Below are positions 6,747 through 13,265 of a stretch of 13,519 nt of DNA, in pieces (the first letter of the stretch is position 1; each line of letters opens with the position of its first letter). Position numbers and translations under genes: made by a program. The stretch lies in the NCBI GenBank assembly GCA_964449215.1, contig CAYVAH010000022.1:1-13519 (forward strand), read 5' to 3'. The notes beneath the pieces were generated by a model that did not search any database, had not been told where the DNA came from, and saw nothing but the letters and a program-made list of their open reading frames with translations. Source of the stretch: Candidatus Undinarchaeota archaeon. GTDB taxonomy: Archaea > SpSt-1190.

Positions 6747-7067
6747 ATGATAGGTGGCCTGTTCAAAAAAAGCAAGGGGGAAGAAGTTGTTGAGGCTCAG
6801 ATTCAGAGGGAGGTCCAGCCAAGGTTGAAGCTCGGTCTTATGGTCATGGAGAGATATGCCGACCTGGAGAAGGTTCTTTCCCGTTTCAGGAAGGGAGACA
6901 TTGTGATTCTTCTGAAGGTCGCCCCTCTCCGGAACAAGGACATGGGAGAGTTGAGGAAAGCGGTGGAGCGACTCAAGACCCATTGTAATGTCACCGGCTC
7001 GGACCTTGCGGCTCTTGATGACAACTGGATTGTGATTGTCCCGCCTGTGGTTGAGATAACGAAGTGA
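6747..7067 (+). CDS. sepF: SepF-like cell-division protein (DUF552 family, FtsZ membrane anchor)
   Basis: 106 aa with the SepF core pattern (LMVMERYADLEKVLSRFRKGDIVILLKVAPL...LRKAVERLKTHCNVTGSDLAALDDNWIVIVPPVVEI) and an N-terminal amphipathic MIGGLFKK segment, as in archaeal SepF. Confidence 0.65.
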   Translation: MIGGLFKKSKGEEVVEAQIQREVQPRLKLGLMVMERYADLEKVLSRFRKGDIVILLKVAPLRNKDMGELRKAVERLKTHCNVTGSDLAALDDNWIVIVPPVVEITK

Positions 7068-7132
7068 ATTTCCACAGGAACAGGACCTGCCAGACATTTT
7101 GCTGGCGAAATCCAGGCGAATAGATGTAACAA

Positions 7133-7152
7133 ACAACGAGAATTTTTTTAAA
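7133..7152 (+). promoter_or_regulatory. BRE/TATA promoter (aacgagaa + tttttttaaa) for the TBP gene. The T7 run may also terminate the sepF transcript
   Basis: A purine-rich BRE-like motif immediately 5' of TTTTTTTAAA. TATA centre is about 25 bp upstream of GTG 7173, consistent with a leaderless mRNA. Confidence 0.55.
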
Positions 7153-7172
7153 CAGTTGAACCTACATTTCCC

Positions 7173-7727
7173 GTGGAACCTGAGTACCGTGTCCAGAATG
7201 TTGTCGTTACCGGCAAACTGGCGGACAAACTCAACCTTCTCGAAATATACGACAAGGTCCCCGGCAGTGTCTATGAACCGGGGAAGTTCCCGGCGCTGAG
7301 AATAAAGAAGTTCGGCGTGGGCTTCCTGCTCTACAGCTCCGGGAACTTTGTTTGTAGTGGCGCGCGGAGTACGGAGCTCGCCAAGGAGAAGGTGGACGAG
7401 CTCGTGAAGTTGCTGAATGACGGGGGAGTGAAGGTCAAGTGTGGCAGCATTGAGATCCGGAACATAGTGGTGAGTGTTGACCTCAACAAGAACCTCCGGT
7501 TGCACGAGCTTGCCTATGCCATACCTGACTCCGAGTACGACCCAGAAGCCTTCCCCGGAATGAAGCTCCGGAAGGGTTCCACGAGGATTCTGATATTCCG
7601 GACTGGCAAGGCTATAATCCCGGGCCTGCGAACCATAGAGGAAATCAAGAATACCATAAGCTGGCTGCAGGAGACAATCGACTCGGCCGAAGAGGAGATA
7701 AAGACATTCAAGAAGCCGGGTTACTGA
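7173..7727 (+). CDS. tbp: TATA-box-binding protein (TBP), GTG start
   Basis: Two direct TBP repeats: NVVVTGKLADKLNLLEI...YEPGKFPALRIKKFGVGFLLYSSGNFVCSGARS and IRNIVVSVDLNKNLRLHELAYAIPDSEYDPEAFPGMKLRKGSTRILIFRTGKAIIPGLRT. Acidic C-terminal tail, 184 aa. Confidence 0.9.
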   Translation: MEPEYRVQNVVVTGKLADKLNLLEIYDKVPGSVYEPGKFPALRIKKFGVGFLLYSSGNFVCSGARSTELAKEKVDELVKLLNDGGVKVKCGSIEIRNIVVSVDLNKNLRLHELAYAIPDSEYDPEAFPGMKLRKGSTRILIFRTGKAIIPGLRTIEEIKNTISWLQETIDSAEEEIKTFKKPGY

Positions 7728-8068
7728 TTGTGGCTGTACACAACGATATGCACTTGGCTCCTGGTGCAGGGAATCTTCACGGGGTGCTTCAAGTCGCTTG
7801 CGTTCACTTTTGCGACCCCTACGGGTTTCAGCTCTTTATCGAATACCTCCACATACCCTTCATCCTTTATCCTGAATTCAATCTTTTCCTTGTAGGGCAG
7901 AATGCGGGGAGGACATCCGTATTCGATTTTCCCGTTCCTGCACTCCATCAGAGCCTCCAGTATCGCTTCTTCTGGCGAACGGGTCAGCCGGCGGTTCCCT
8001 GAAAACCAATAATTCCCTTTGAGTTCCCGGAGCTCCTCCGGTTCGAGGTACCGATTCACCTCACACAC
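7721..8068 (-). CDS. Hypothetical protein, 115 aa (or 112 aa from GTG 8059), four Cys residues, no family recognised
   Basis: Clean ORF convergent with tbp (7-nt overlap). GTG start. A minus-strand A/T box (ttatattg, 8081-8088) is centred 25 bp upstream of GTG 8059 and overlaps the last trpS codons. Sequence is MCEVNRYLEPEELRELKGNYWFSGNRR...HIVVYSHNQ. Confidence 0.5.
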   Translation of the reverse strand: MCEVNRYLEPEELRELKGNYWFSGNRRLTRSPEEAILEALMECRNGKIEYGCPPRILPYKEKIEFRIKDEGYVEVFDKELKPVGVAKVNASDLKHPVKIPCTRSQVHIVVYSHNQ

Positions 8069-8089
8069 ACCCCTCGCTCAATATAATCT

Positions 8090-9142
8090 TTACGCAAGTT
8101 CCGGCACGAACTTCTTCACTCTGTCCTTTGCCTTCTCCCTTTCTTTCTGGTGCTTCTCGAGCATTTCCCAGACTTCCTCGAGCAGGACCCTCTTGCTCTC
8201 TCCACAGAGTATCTCCCCGGCTCCACATTTGCGGACTATTTCGTGGTTCTGGAAGAAGACCCTGTGGTAATTGCACACAACGCACACGTCGGTCCTTCCC
8301 CCAAGTCTGCGATGCTCTTCGGCGGTGTCCCTCCCGCCGGTGAAGGCGTTCCATATTTTCTTTTTGACCTCCTCCCTGGTGTCGGTGGTGAATATCGAGG
8401 TTTCGGGTTTTGAGGAGCTCATCTTCGTTCCGGTCAATCCCGGAATGAACTTGCTCAGTATGTCCCCCGGCTTCTTCAGCCCTATTTTTCCTGCCACGTC
8501 ACGCGTTAGCTTGACGAACACATCCTGATCCACCCCTATTGGAACCAGGACGGGGAGTCCCCTGCTCTTTGTGGGGTAGAGGATGTGGGCGGCCTGCATG
8601 GCAGGGTAGAACTGCAGACCAATGTTGGTTTCTCCCGTGAACCCCATGGCTGCCCTCACGGTGCTTGCGGTCATACGCGCCGAGATTTCCACGGCCAGGT
8701 TATACACTTCCTGCTTCATGTTGACCATGTCCAGTGCAATTTCCGTTTTTCGGGGGTCAAACCCTATGGCTATGATGTCCAGCAGGTTTTCATAGTCCAT
8801 CTTGAGCACGTGCTCCGCTGAGAACCCCCGGGCGAGGAGCTTCTCATCATCGCTGAAGGGAATAAACACAAAGGCCCCGAACTTGTCCTGCAGGAATTTT
8901 ATGAACCTGAAGAGCATGAGGTGGCCTATATGCATTTTCATACTTGGGCCGCGCCCGCTAACTATTGCGAACTTTCCTTCGATTATTTTGTCAAGGTCCC
9001 TGTGGGCAAAAAAGAGTTCTGGCACGAGGGGATGCCCTATCTTCCTTGCCAGCCTGTCATCTATGAGGCTGGCACCAAACTCCTTGATGAGTTTATCGTA
9101 GTCAACATCCCCCTCCACGTTGTAGGCGTCCATGGAGACCAC
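8090..9142 (-). CDS. trpS: Tryptophanyl-tRNA synthetase, archaeal/eukaryotic type, with a C-terminal Cys4 cluster
   Basis: DYDKLIKEFG and the HIGH-type motif (GRGPSMKMHIGHL), as in human WARS (DYDKLIVRFG...GRGPSSEAMHVGHL). The KMSKS variant is KMSSSKPETSIF. The C-terminal region aligns to the anticodon-binding domain but carries CVVC...C...C. Alternative start at ATG 9133. Confidence 0.9.
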   Translation of the reverse strand: MVSMDAYNVEGDVDYDKLIKEFGASLIDDRLARKIGHPLVPELFFAHRDLDKIIEGKFAIVSGRGPSMKMHIGHLMLFRFIKFLQDKFGAFVFIPFSDDEKLLARGFSAEHVLKMDYENLLDIIAIGFDPRKTEIALDMVNMKQEVYNLAVEISARMTASTVRAAMGFTGETNIGLQFYPAMQAAHILYPTKSRGLPVLVPIGVDQDVFVKLTRDVAGKIGLKKPGDILSKFIPGLTGTKMSSSKPETSIFTTDTREEVKKKIWNAFTGGRDTAEEHRRLGGRTDVCVVCNYHRVFFQNHEIVRKCGAGEILCGESKRVLLEEVWEMLEKHQKEREKAKDRVKKFVPELA

Positions 9143-9181
9143 AGGGGTGGAGGTTTATCAGTTTTCCGGCTTTGGAAAACG

Positions 9182-9189
9182 TTAATTAA
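9182..9189. promoter_or_regulatory. Palindromic A/T box TTAATTAA in the trpS/aspS divergent intergenic region, probable TATA for aspS
   Basis: The centre is 25 bp upstream of the aspS GTG at 9210. trpS on the other strand has its own A/T patch (9153-9160) about 24 bp upstream of ATG 9133. Confidence 0.45.
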
Positions 9190-9209
9190 GGGGCATGGCA
9201 GTTCTTTAG

Positions 9210-10937
9210 GTGCTCCGGACTCATACCTGCGGGGAATTGAGGAAAAAACATAAGGGGAAAAAGGTTGTCCTTGCGGGATGGGCGCACAACATCCGCGTTT
9301 TTGGCAACAAGGCTTTTGTGGACCTCCGCGACAGATATGGTCTGGTCCAGCTGGTTCTGGACAGGAGATTCAAAAACATATACTCAGGGCTCACCAGAGA
9401 GTCCGTGCTCGTGGCTTCCGGCAAGGTCAGGGTGAGGAAGGAGCCGAATCCAAAGATAGAGACCGGCGAGGTGGAGGTGGTGGTGGATACCCTGGCGCTG
9501 GTCTCGAAGGCCAAACCGCTCCCGTTTGAAATTTTCAATCCGGATGTTGACACCACCGAAGAGACGAGGCTCAAATACAGGTATCTTGACCTGCGGAGGG
9601 CCGAGATGCTCCGGATGCTTGAGTTCCGGTTCAAGGCTGAGATGGTGGTCCGGGAGTATTTCTCGCTCAAGAACTTTGTTGAGGTGGAGACACCGCTGCT
9701 GAGTCGTCCGACCCCCGAGGGTGCCCGGGATTTTCTGGTGCCAACCCGTAACAAGGGTCTTTTCTGGGCTCTTCCTCAGAGTCCCCAGCAGTACAAGCAG
9801 CTCCTGATGGTTGCCGGTCTGGACAAGTATTTTCAGATTGTCCGCTGTTTCAGGGACGAGGACCTCCGCAAGGACAGGCAGTACGAGTTCACTCAGGTGG
9901 ATGTTGAGATGAGCTTCGTCACAGAGGAGGACATTATGAGGGTCACGGAGGGTATGGTAAGTGTTCTCTACTCCCAGATGCTTGGCATAAAGCTGGCCAA
10001 GCCTTTTCCGCGGCTGGCCTGGAGGGAGGCCATGGATACCTATGGTTCCGACAAGCCCGATACGAGGTTTGACCTGAAGCTTGAGGACTACACCGAAGAC
10101 TTTAGGGGGTCGGGCTTCCTGGTGTTTGAAAGGGAAATTGAAAAAGGAGGTGTGGTGAAGGCAGTGATGGTTCCTGGGCTTCTCAGCCGATCCGAGATTG
10201 AAAGTTTTGAGAGAGTCGCGAAGCGGGGTGGCTTCCCCGGACTGTTGTGGGTGAAGTCCTCGAAGGAGCTTTCGGGTCCTCTTGCCAGCAGGCTTCCCGA
10301 AAAGCTCCAGAAAAAGCTTGTGAGGAAAAACGGGGTCTTTCTCTTCCTCGCCGGTCCCTGGCAGAAGGTCTGCACGACCCTCGGCAACATAAGGCTGGCG
10401 GCTGCGGAGAAGCTTGGGCTCCGGAAGGGGCTTTCAGTGCTGTGGGTGACTGACTTTCCCCTGTTTGAATGGAGTGACACCGAAGGTCGCATCCAGGCGA
10501 TGCATCACCCCTTCACTTCACCGAAGAAGGGCTATGAGTCCGAAATCAATCCGGACACCCCTGCTGAAAGATTGCTTGAGATACCATCCAGGGCTTATGA
10601 CCTTGTGATAAATGGCGTGGAGGTTGGCGGCGGGAGCATACGTATAACTGACAGCTCCTTGCAGGAAAGGATGTTTGGGGTTCTGGGGATAAGCGAGGAG
10701 GAGGCCCGGGAAAAGTTTGGCATGCTCCTCCGGGCTTTTGATTATGGTGTTCCGCCACACGGGGGAATAGCGATTGGCTTCGACCGCCTGCTCCAGGTGA
10801 TGCTCGGGAAACGGAGTCTCCGTGATGTAATTGCCTTTCCGAAGAGCAAGTCGGGACGTGCCCTTATGGAAGGTGCTCCGGCCCGTCCGGATGAGGAAGC
10901 CCTTGAGGAGCTTGGGATAAAAGTGGAAAAAGATTAA
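9210..10937 (+). CDS. aspS: Aspartyl-tRNA synthetase, bacterial-type (575 aa with large insertion domain), GTG start
   Basis: The N-terminus MLRTHTCGELRKKHKGKKVVLAGWAHNIRVFGNKAFVDLRDRYGLVQ parallels E. coli AspRS ([24 protein letters not shown]...). Class II motifs FRDEDLR, QVDVEMSF and GGIAIGFDRL are present. About 290 aa separate motif 2 from motif 3, which is the bacterial insertion domain. Confidence 0.9.
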   Translation: MLRTHTCGELRKKHKGKKVVLAGWAHNIRVFGNKAFVDLRDRYGLVQLVLDRRFKNIYSGLTRESVLVASGKVRVRKEPNPKIETGEVEVVVDTLALVSKAKPLPFEIFNPDVDTTEETRLKYRYLDLRRAEMLRMLEFRFKAEMVVREYFSLKNFVEVETPLLSRPTPEGARDFLVPTRNKGLFWALPQSPQQYKQLLMVAGLDKYFQIVRCFRDEDLRKDRQYEFTQVDVEMSFVTEEDIMRVTEGMVSVLYSQMLGIKLAKPFPRLAWREAMDTYGSDKPDTRFDLKLEDYTEDFRGSGFLVFEREIEKGGVVKAVMVPGLLSRSEIESFERVAKRGGFPGLLWVKSSKELSGPLASRLPEKLQKKLVRKNGVFLFLAGPWQKVCTTLGNIRLAAAEKLGLRKGLSVLWVTDFPLFEWSDTEGRIQAMHHPFTSPKKGYESEINPDTPAERLLEIPSRAYDLVINGVEVGGGSIRITDSSLQERMFGVLGISEEEAREKFGMLLRAFDYGVPPHGGIAIGFDRLLQVMLGKRSLRDVIAFPKSKSGRALMEGAPARPDEEALEELGIKVEKD

Positions 10938-10962
10938 AAGCTCCCTGCCGGAGCAGTGGGTG

Positions 10963-11874
10963 ATGGATGTAGTCTTTCTTGGCACGGGGGCTATGAAACC
11001 CACACCCAGGAGGTTTCCCAGTTCCCTGATGCTGAGGCACAAGGGAGAAATTATAATGTTCGATGCCGGGGAGGGGATACAAGTCCGCGTGTCCCAGAGC
11101 GGTTTTTCCCCCATGAAGGTGAACAAGATATTCATAACGCATTTCCACGGTGACCACTTCTATGGTCTGCCGGGCATGATATTTACGATGTCACAGGCGG
11201 AGCGGACGGAAGAGCTGGTGATATACGGGCCGGAGGAATCTGAGAGTTTTGTTCACCGGATACTTTCCCTTGGATATGGCAGGATAACCTTTCCCATTCA
11301 CGTGGAGGAGCTGAAGCCGGGATCCGTTGTTCAGGGGGATGGTTATTCAGTCACGGCTTTTGAGACTGATCACGGGCCGCCCGGTCTCGGTTATGTTTTC
11401 AGGGAAGATGACAGCTTCAACGTGGATGTTGAAAAGATGAAGAAGTTCGGGTTCAAACCGGACCCGAAGTTCAAGCTTTTGAAGCAGGGTAAGACGGTTG
11501 AGCTTGGCGGGCATTTGCTGAAGCCGGAGGAGTGGTTGATCCCCGCTCCCGGGGACTCATTGGCATACACGGGTGACACCCGGTACAGCAAGGCCGTTGT
11601 GAGGGCTGTCAGGGGGGTGACCGTGCTCGTTCACGAGGCAACTCACCTCAGCGAGGACTCGAAGGACTTCAGGGAGCACAGCTCTGCCAAGGAGGCTGCA
11701 AGAGCTGCCAAGGAAGCGGAGGTGGGGTATCTGTTCCTCACCCACATCTCTCCGAGATACAAGGATGCTACTCCTCTCCTTGAGGAGGCCCGGGAAGTTT
11801 TTCCACGGACCTATCTGCCTAAGGACCTTGACAGGGTGAGCATAAAAAAGGGTGAAGTGAGGTTTCTCAAATGA
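10963..11874 (+). CDS. rnz: Ribonuclease Z (tRNA 3'-processing endonuclease, metallo-beta-lactamase fold)
   Basis: VVFLGTGAMKPTPRRFPSSLMLRHKGEIIMFDAGEG...KIFITHFHGDHFYGLPGM carries the HxHxDH motif. About 300 aa. Distal His/Asp motifs (TGDT, HEATH) are present. Starts 26 bp after the aspS stop with a GGAG SD. Confidence 0.85.
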   Translation: MDVVFLGTGAMKPTPRRFPSSLMLRHKGEIIMFDAGEGIQVRVSQSGFSPMKVNKIFITHFHGDHFYGLPGMIFTMSQAERTEELVIYGPEESESFVHRILSLGYGRITFPIHVEELKPGSVVQGDGYSVTAFETDHGPPGLGYVFREDDSFNVDVEKMKKFGFKPDPKFKLLKQGKTVELGGHLLKPEEWLIPAPGDSLAYTGDTRYSKAVVRAVRGVTVLVHEATHLSEDSKDFREHSSAKEAARAAKEAEVGYLFLTHISPRYKDATPLLEEAREVFPRTYLPKDLDRVSIKKGEVRFLK

Positions 11875-12377
11875 AGTGGAGCAAGCTTCTGTACGATATT
11901 GCCTGGGCGTTTGCGGTTGCCATGATCCTCCGCCTGGTCTTCGGTGCCCTGCTCGGCACAAGCTTTCCCTTCGTTGCGGTGATGAGCAGCAGCATGACCC
12001 ATGACGGTTATGCGATTCAGAATTATTATGTGTGGATGCAGGACCACGGATTCTCGAGAGAGCAGCTTCAGGGGTTTCCGTTCCCCAACGGTTTTGATAA
12101 GGGTGATGCCTTGATAATTGCCTCCCCGGAGAATGCAGGGGTAGGGGATGTTGTTGTGTATGTGAACCCGCATGTGGGATATGCCATAATTCACAGGGTG
12201 ATAAATGTGACTGACTCCGGGTACGTAACCAAGGGGGACAGGAACCCCGCCCCTGACCCCTGGGTTGTCAGGAGGGAGTGGGTGAAGGGGAAGGCTGTTT
12301 TTCTCATCCCGCTCCTGGGATGGATCCATGTGCTCCCTTCGGACATACTCCGTTCCGTTGCTTCTCTGTTCAGCTAG
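11871..12377 (+). CDS. Type I signal peptidase (archaeal Sec11/S26B-like)
   Basis: N-terminal TM helix. Box B is AVMSSSM (SGSM-type catalytic Ser). Box D is YAIIHRV (His). Box E is VTKGDRNPAPDPW (the TKGDNN motif). The ATG overlaps the rnz stop (ATGA). Confidence 0.65.
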   Translation: MKWSKLLYDIAWAFAVAMILRLVFGALLGTSFPFVAVMSSSMTHDGYAIQNYYVWMQDHGFSREQLQGFPFPNGFDKGDALIIASPENAGVGDVVVYVNPHVGYAIIHRVINVTDSGYVTKGDRNPAPDPWVVRREWVKGKAVFLIPLLGWIHVLPSDILRSVASLFS

Positions 12378-12769
12378 ATTCTGTCCTCCTTGAGTTTCAG
12401 TCCCTCGAAGTCCTTGAGGTTTCTATTTGTTATCAATGTTAATCCACGCCTTATGCACTGCGCCACCACCCGGGCTTCCTCCAGGGACACATTCTTTCCT
12501 GCTGCCTTCAGCTGCCCGAGAATCTCTCCCGCCTTTTCGGCGTCTTCCTTGGTGAACGGCAGAACGTTCAGGGAATCGAGCAGCCCCCTGAGCTCATGAG
12601 CCTTCAGGACTTTCTTTTCCACAAGAAATTCTTCCATTCCCACGAGCTGTGCCGCGGTGTTGGCCCCGGTGTAGAACTCCCTGTAAGCTTCTATCTTGGG
12701 GAGTATGTTTTTTCCGCCCTTGAGGAGCTCCATAATTGCTGTTATGTCAAAATAGGCGGCCTTTAGCAA
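12374..12769 (-). CDS. vapC: VapC-type PIN-domain toxin (ribonuclease)
   Basis: N-terminal AAYFDITAIMELL (the PIN Asp). C-terminal LTLITNRNLKDFE (the classic VapC [LI]T.N.KDF motif). Conserved acidic residues in between. 131 aa. Confidence 0.8.
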   Translation of the reverse strand: MLKAAYFDITAIMELLKGGKNILPKIEAYREFYTGANTAAQLVGMEEFLVEKKVLKAHELRGLLDSLNVLPFTKEDAEKAGEILGQLKAAGKNVSLEEARVVAQCIRRGLTLITNRNLKDFEGLKLKEDRI

Positions 12770-12968
12770 TTCTCAGCACCTCCGACAAGAACCTCTCAGC
12801 GTCCCTCGCTTCCCGTTCCTCGAGAATCCCGAAATACGTTCTGAGTCTCCTCCTCCGGGTTTCGATGCTGATCGTGGCGAGCTCCTCGAGAAGGTCCGAG
12901 AAGCTTCCATTCCCTTTCATCTCCTTGAGTTTCTCATAAATGCCTTCCCTTATCATAATATTCTTCAT
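12747..12968 (-). CDS. vapB: VapB-type antitoxin (archaeal DUF217-like), overlapping vapC by 23 nt
   Basis: MKNIMIREGIYEKLKEMKGNGSFSDLLEELA matches the archaeal VapB pattern (I.I.DEVYEKL..LKG..SFSD.I..L). A 73-aa ORF immediately upstream of, and overlapping, the PIN toxin. A minus-strand A/T box (12988-12997) lies about 25 bp upstream of ATG 12968. Confidence 0.6.
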   Translation of the reverse strand: MKNIMIREGIYEKLKEMKGNGSFSDLLEELATISIETRRRRLRTYFGILEEREARDAERFLSEVLRIAKGRLF

Positions 12969-13059
12969 ACAGATTGTTTGTCCATCAAATATTTATTTTT
13001 TTTGTTTTCTATACATTTAATTTGCGTTTTAGATACAGAGTAATATAAAGTAATACTCA

Positions 13060-13067
13060 TTTATATA
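13060..13067 (+). promoter_or_regulatory. Consensus archaeal TATA box TTTATATA, with two 10-bp-phased direct repeats (agtaatat at 13039-13046, agtaatac at 13049-13056) just upstream. Probable S-layer gene promoter
   Basis: A perfect TTTATATA about 200 bp upstream of the S-layer ATG. Further TATA-like boxes at 13116-13123 (tttataaa) and 13141-13147. The whole 12969-13265 region is about 35 percent GC, against about 55 percent elsewhere. Confidence 0.5.
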
Positions 13068-13265
13068 CTGTGTAAATCCAAAAGTAAAAACTACATTCAG
13101 GGAGGGGGTTCGTCATTTATAAAGAAAACTGTGAAACGTTTTATACTTCAATCGACATTAAGTATCCTAGAGTGCCCGAGTAGGGTGCTCTAGACGAAGG
13201 ACGAATAGGCAAATGCCGAACGAAAGGGAGGAAAAGCCTATAAACGAATGAAAAGGTGAAAAACT

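Noticed and set aside
7100-7120. Weak hairpin gccagacattttgctggc after the sepF stop
   Set aside because: Only a 4-5 bp stem. The adjacent T7 run at 7143-7149 is a more plausible terminator and promoter element.
6735-7505. 256-aa minus-strand ORF
   Set aside because: Lies entirely antisense to two strongly supported + genes (sepF-like and tbp) and crosses their intergenic promoter. No motif. Typical antisense ORF in GC-rich coding DNA.
10518-11157. 205-aa and 97-aa minus-strand ORFs
   Set aside because: Antisense to aspS and rnz, both with clear catalytic motifs on the + strand.
11811-12329. 172-aa minus-strand ORF
   Set aside because: Antisense to the signal peptidase gene. Proline/glycine-rich nonsense translation.
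13213-13251. 12-codon uORF (MPNEREEKPINE) in the S-layer leader
   Set aside because: No SD or promoter geometry. Such short ORFs are expected by chance in a 300-bp leader. I mention it only because it might matter if the long 5' UTR is real.
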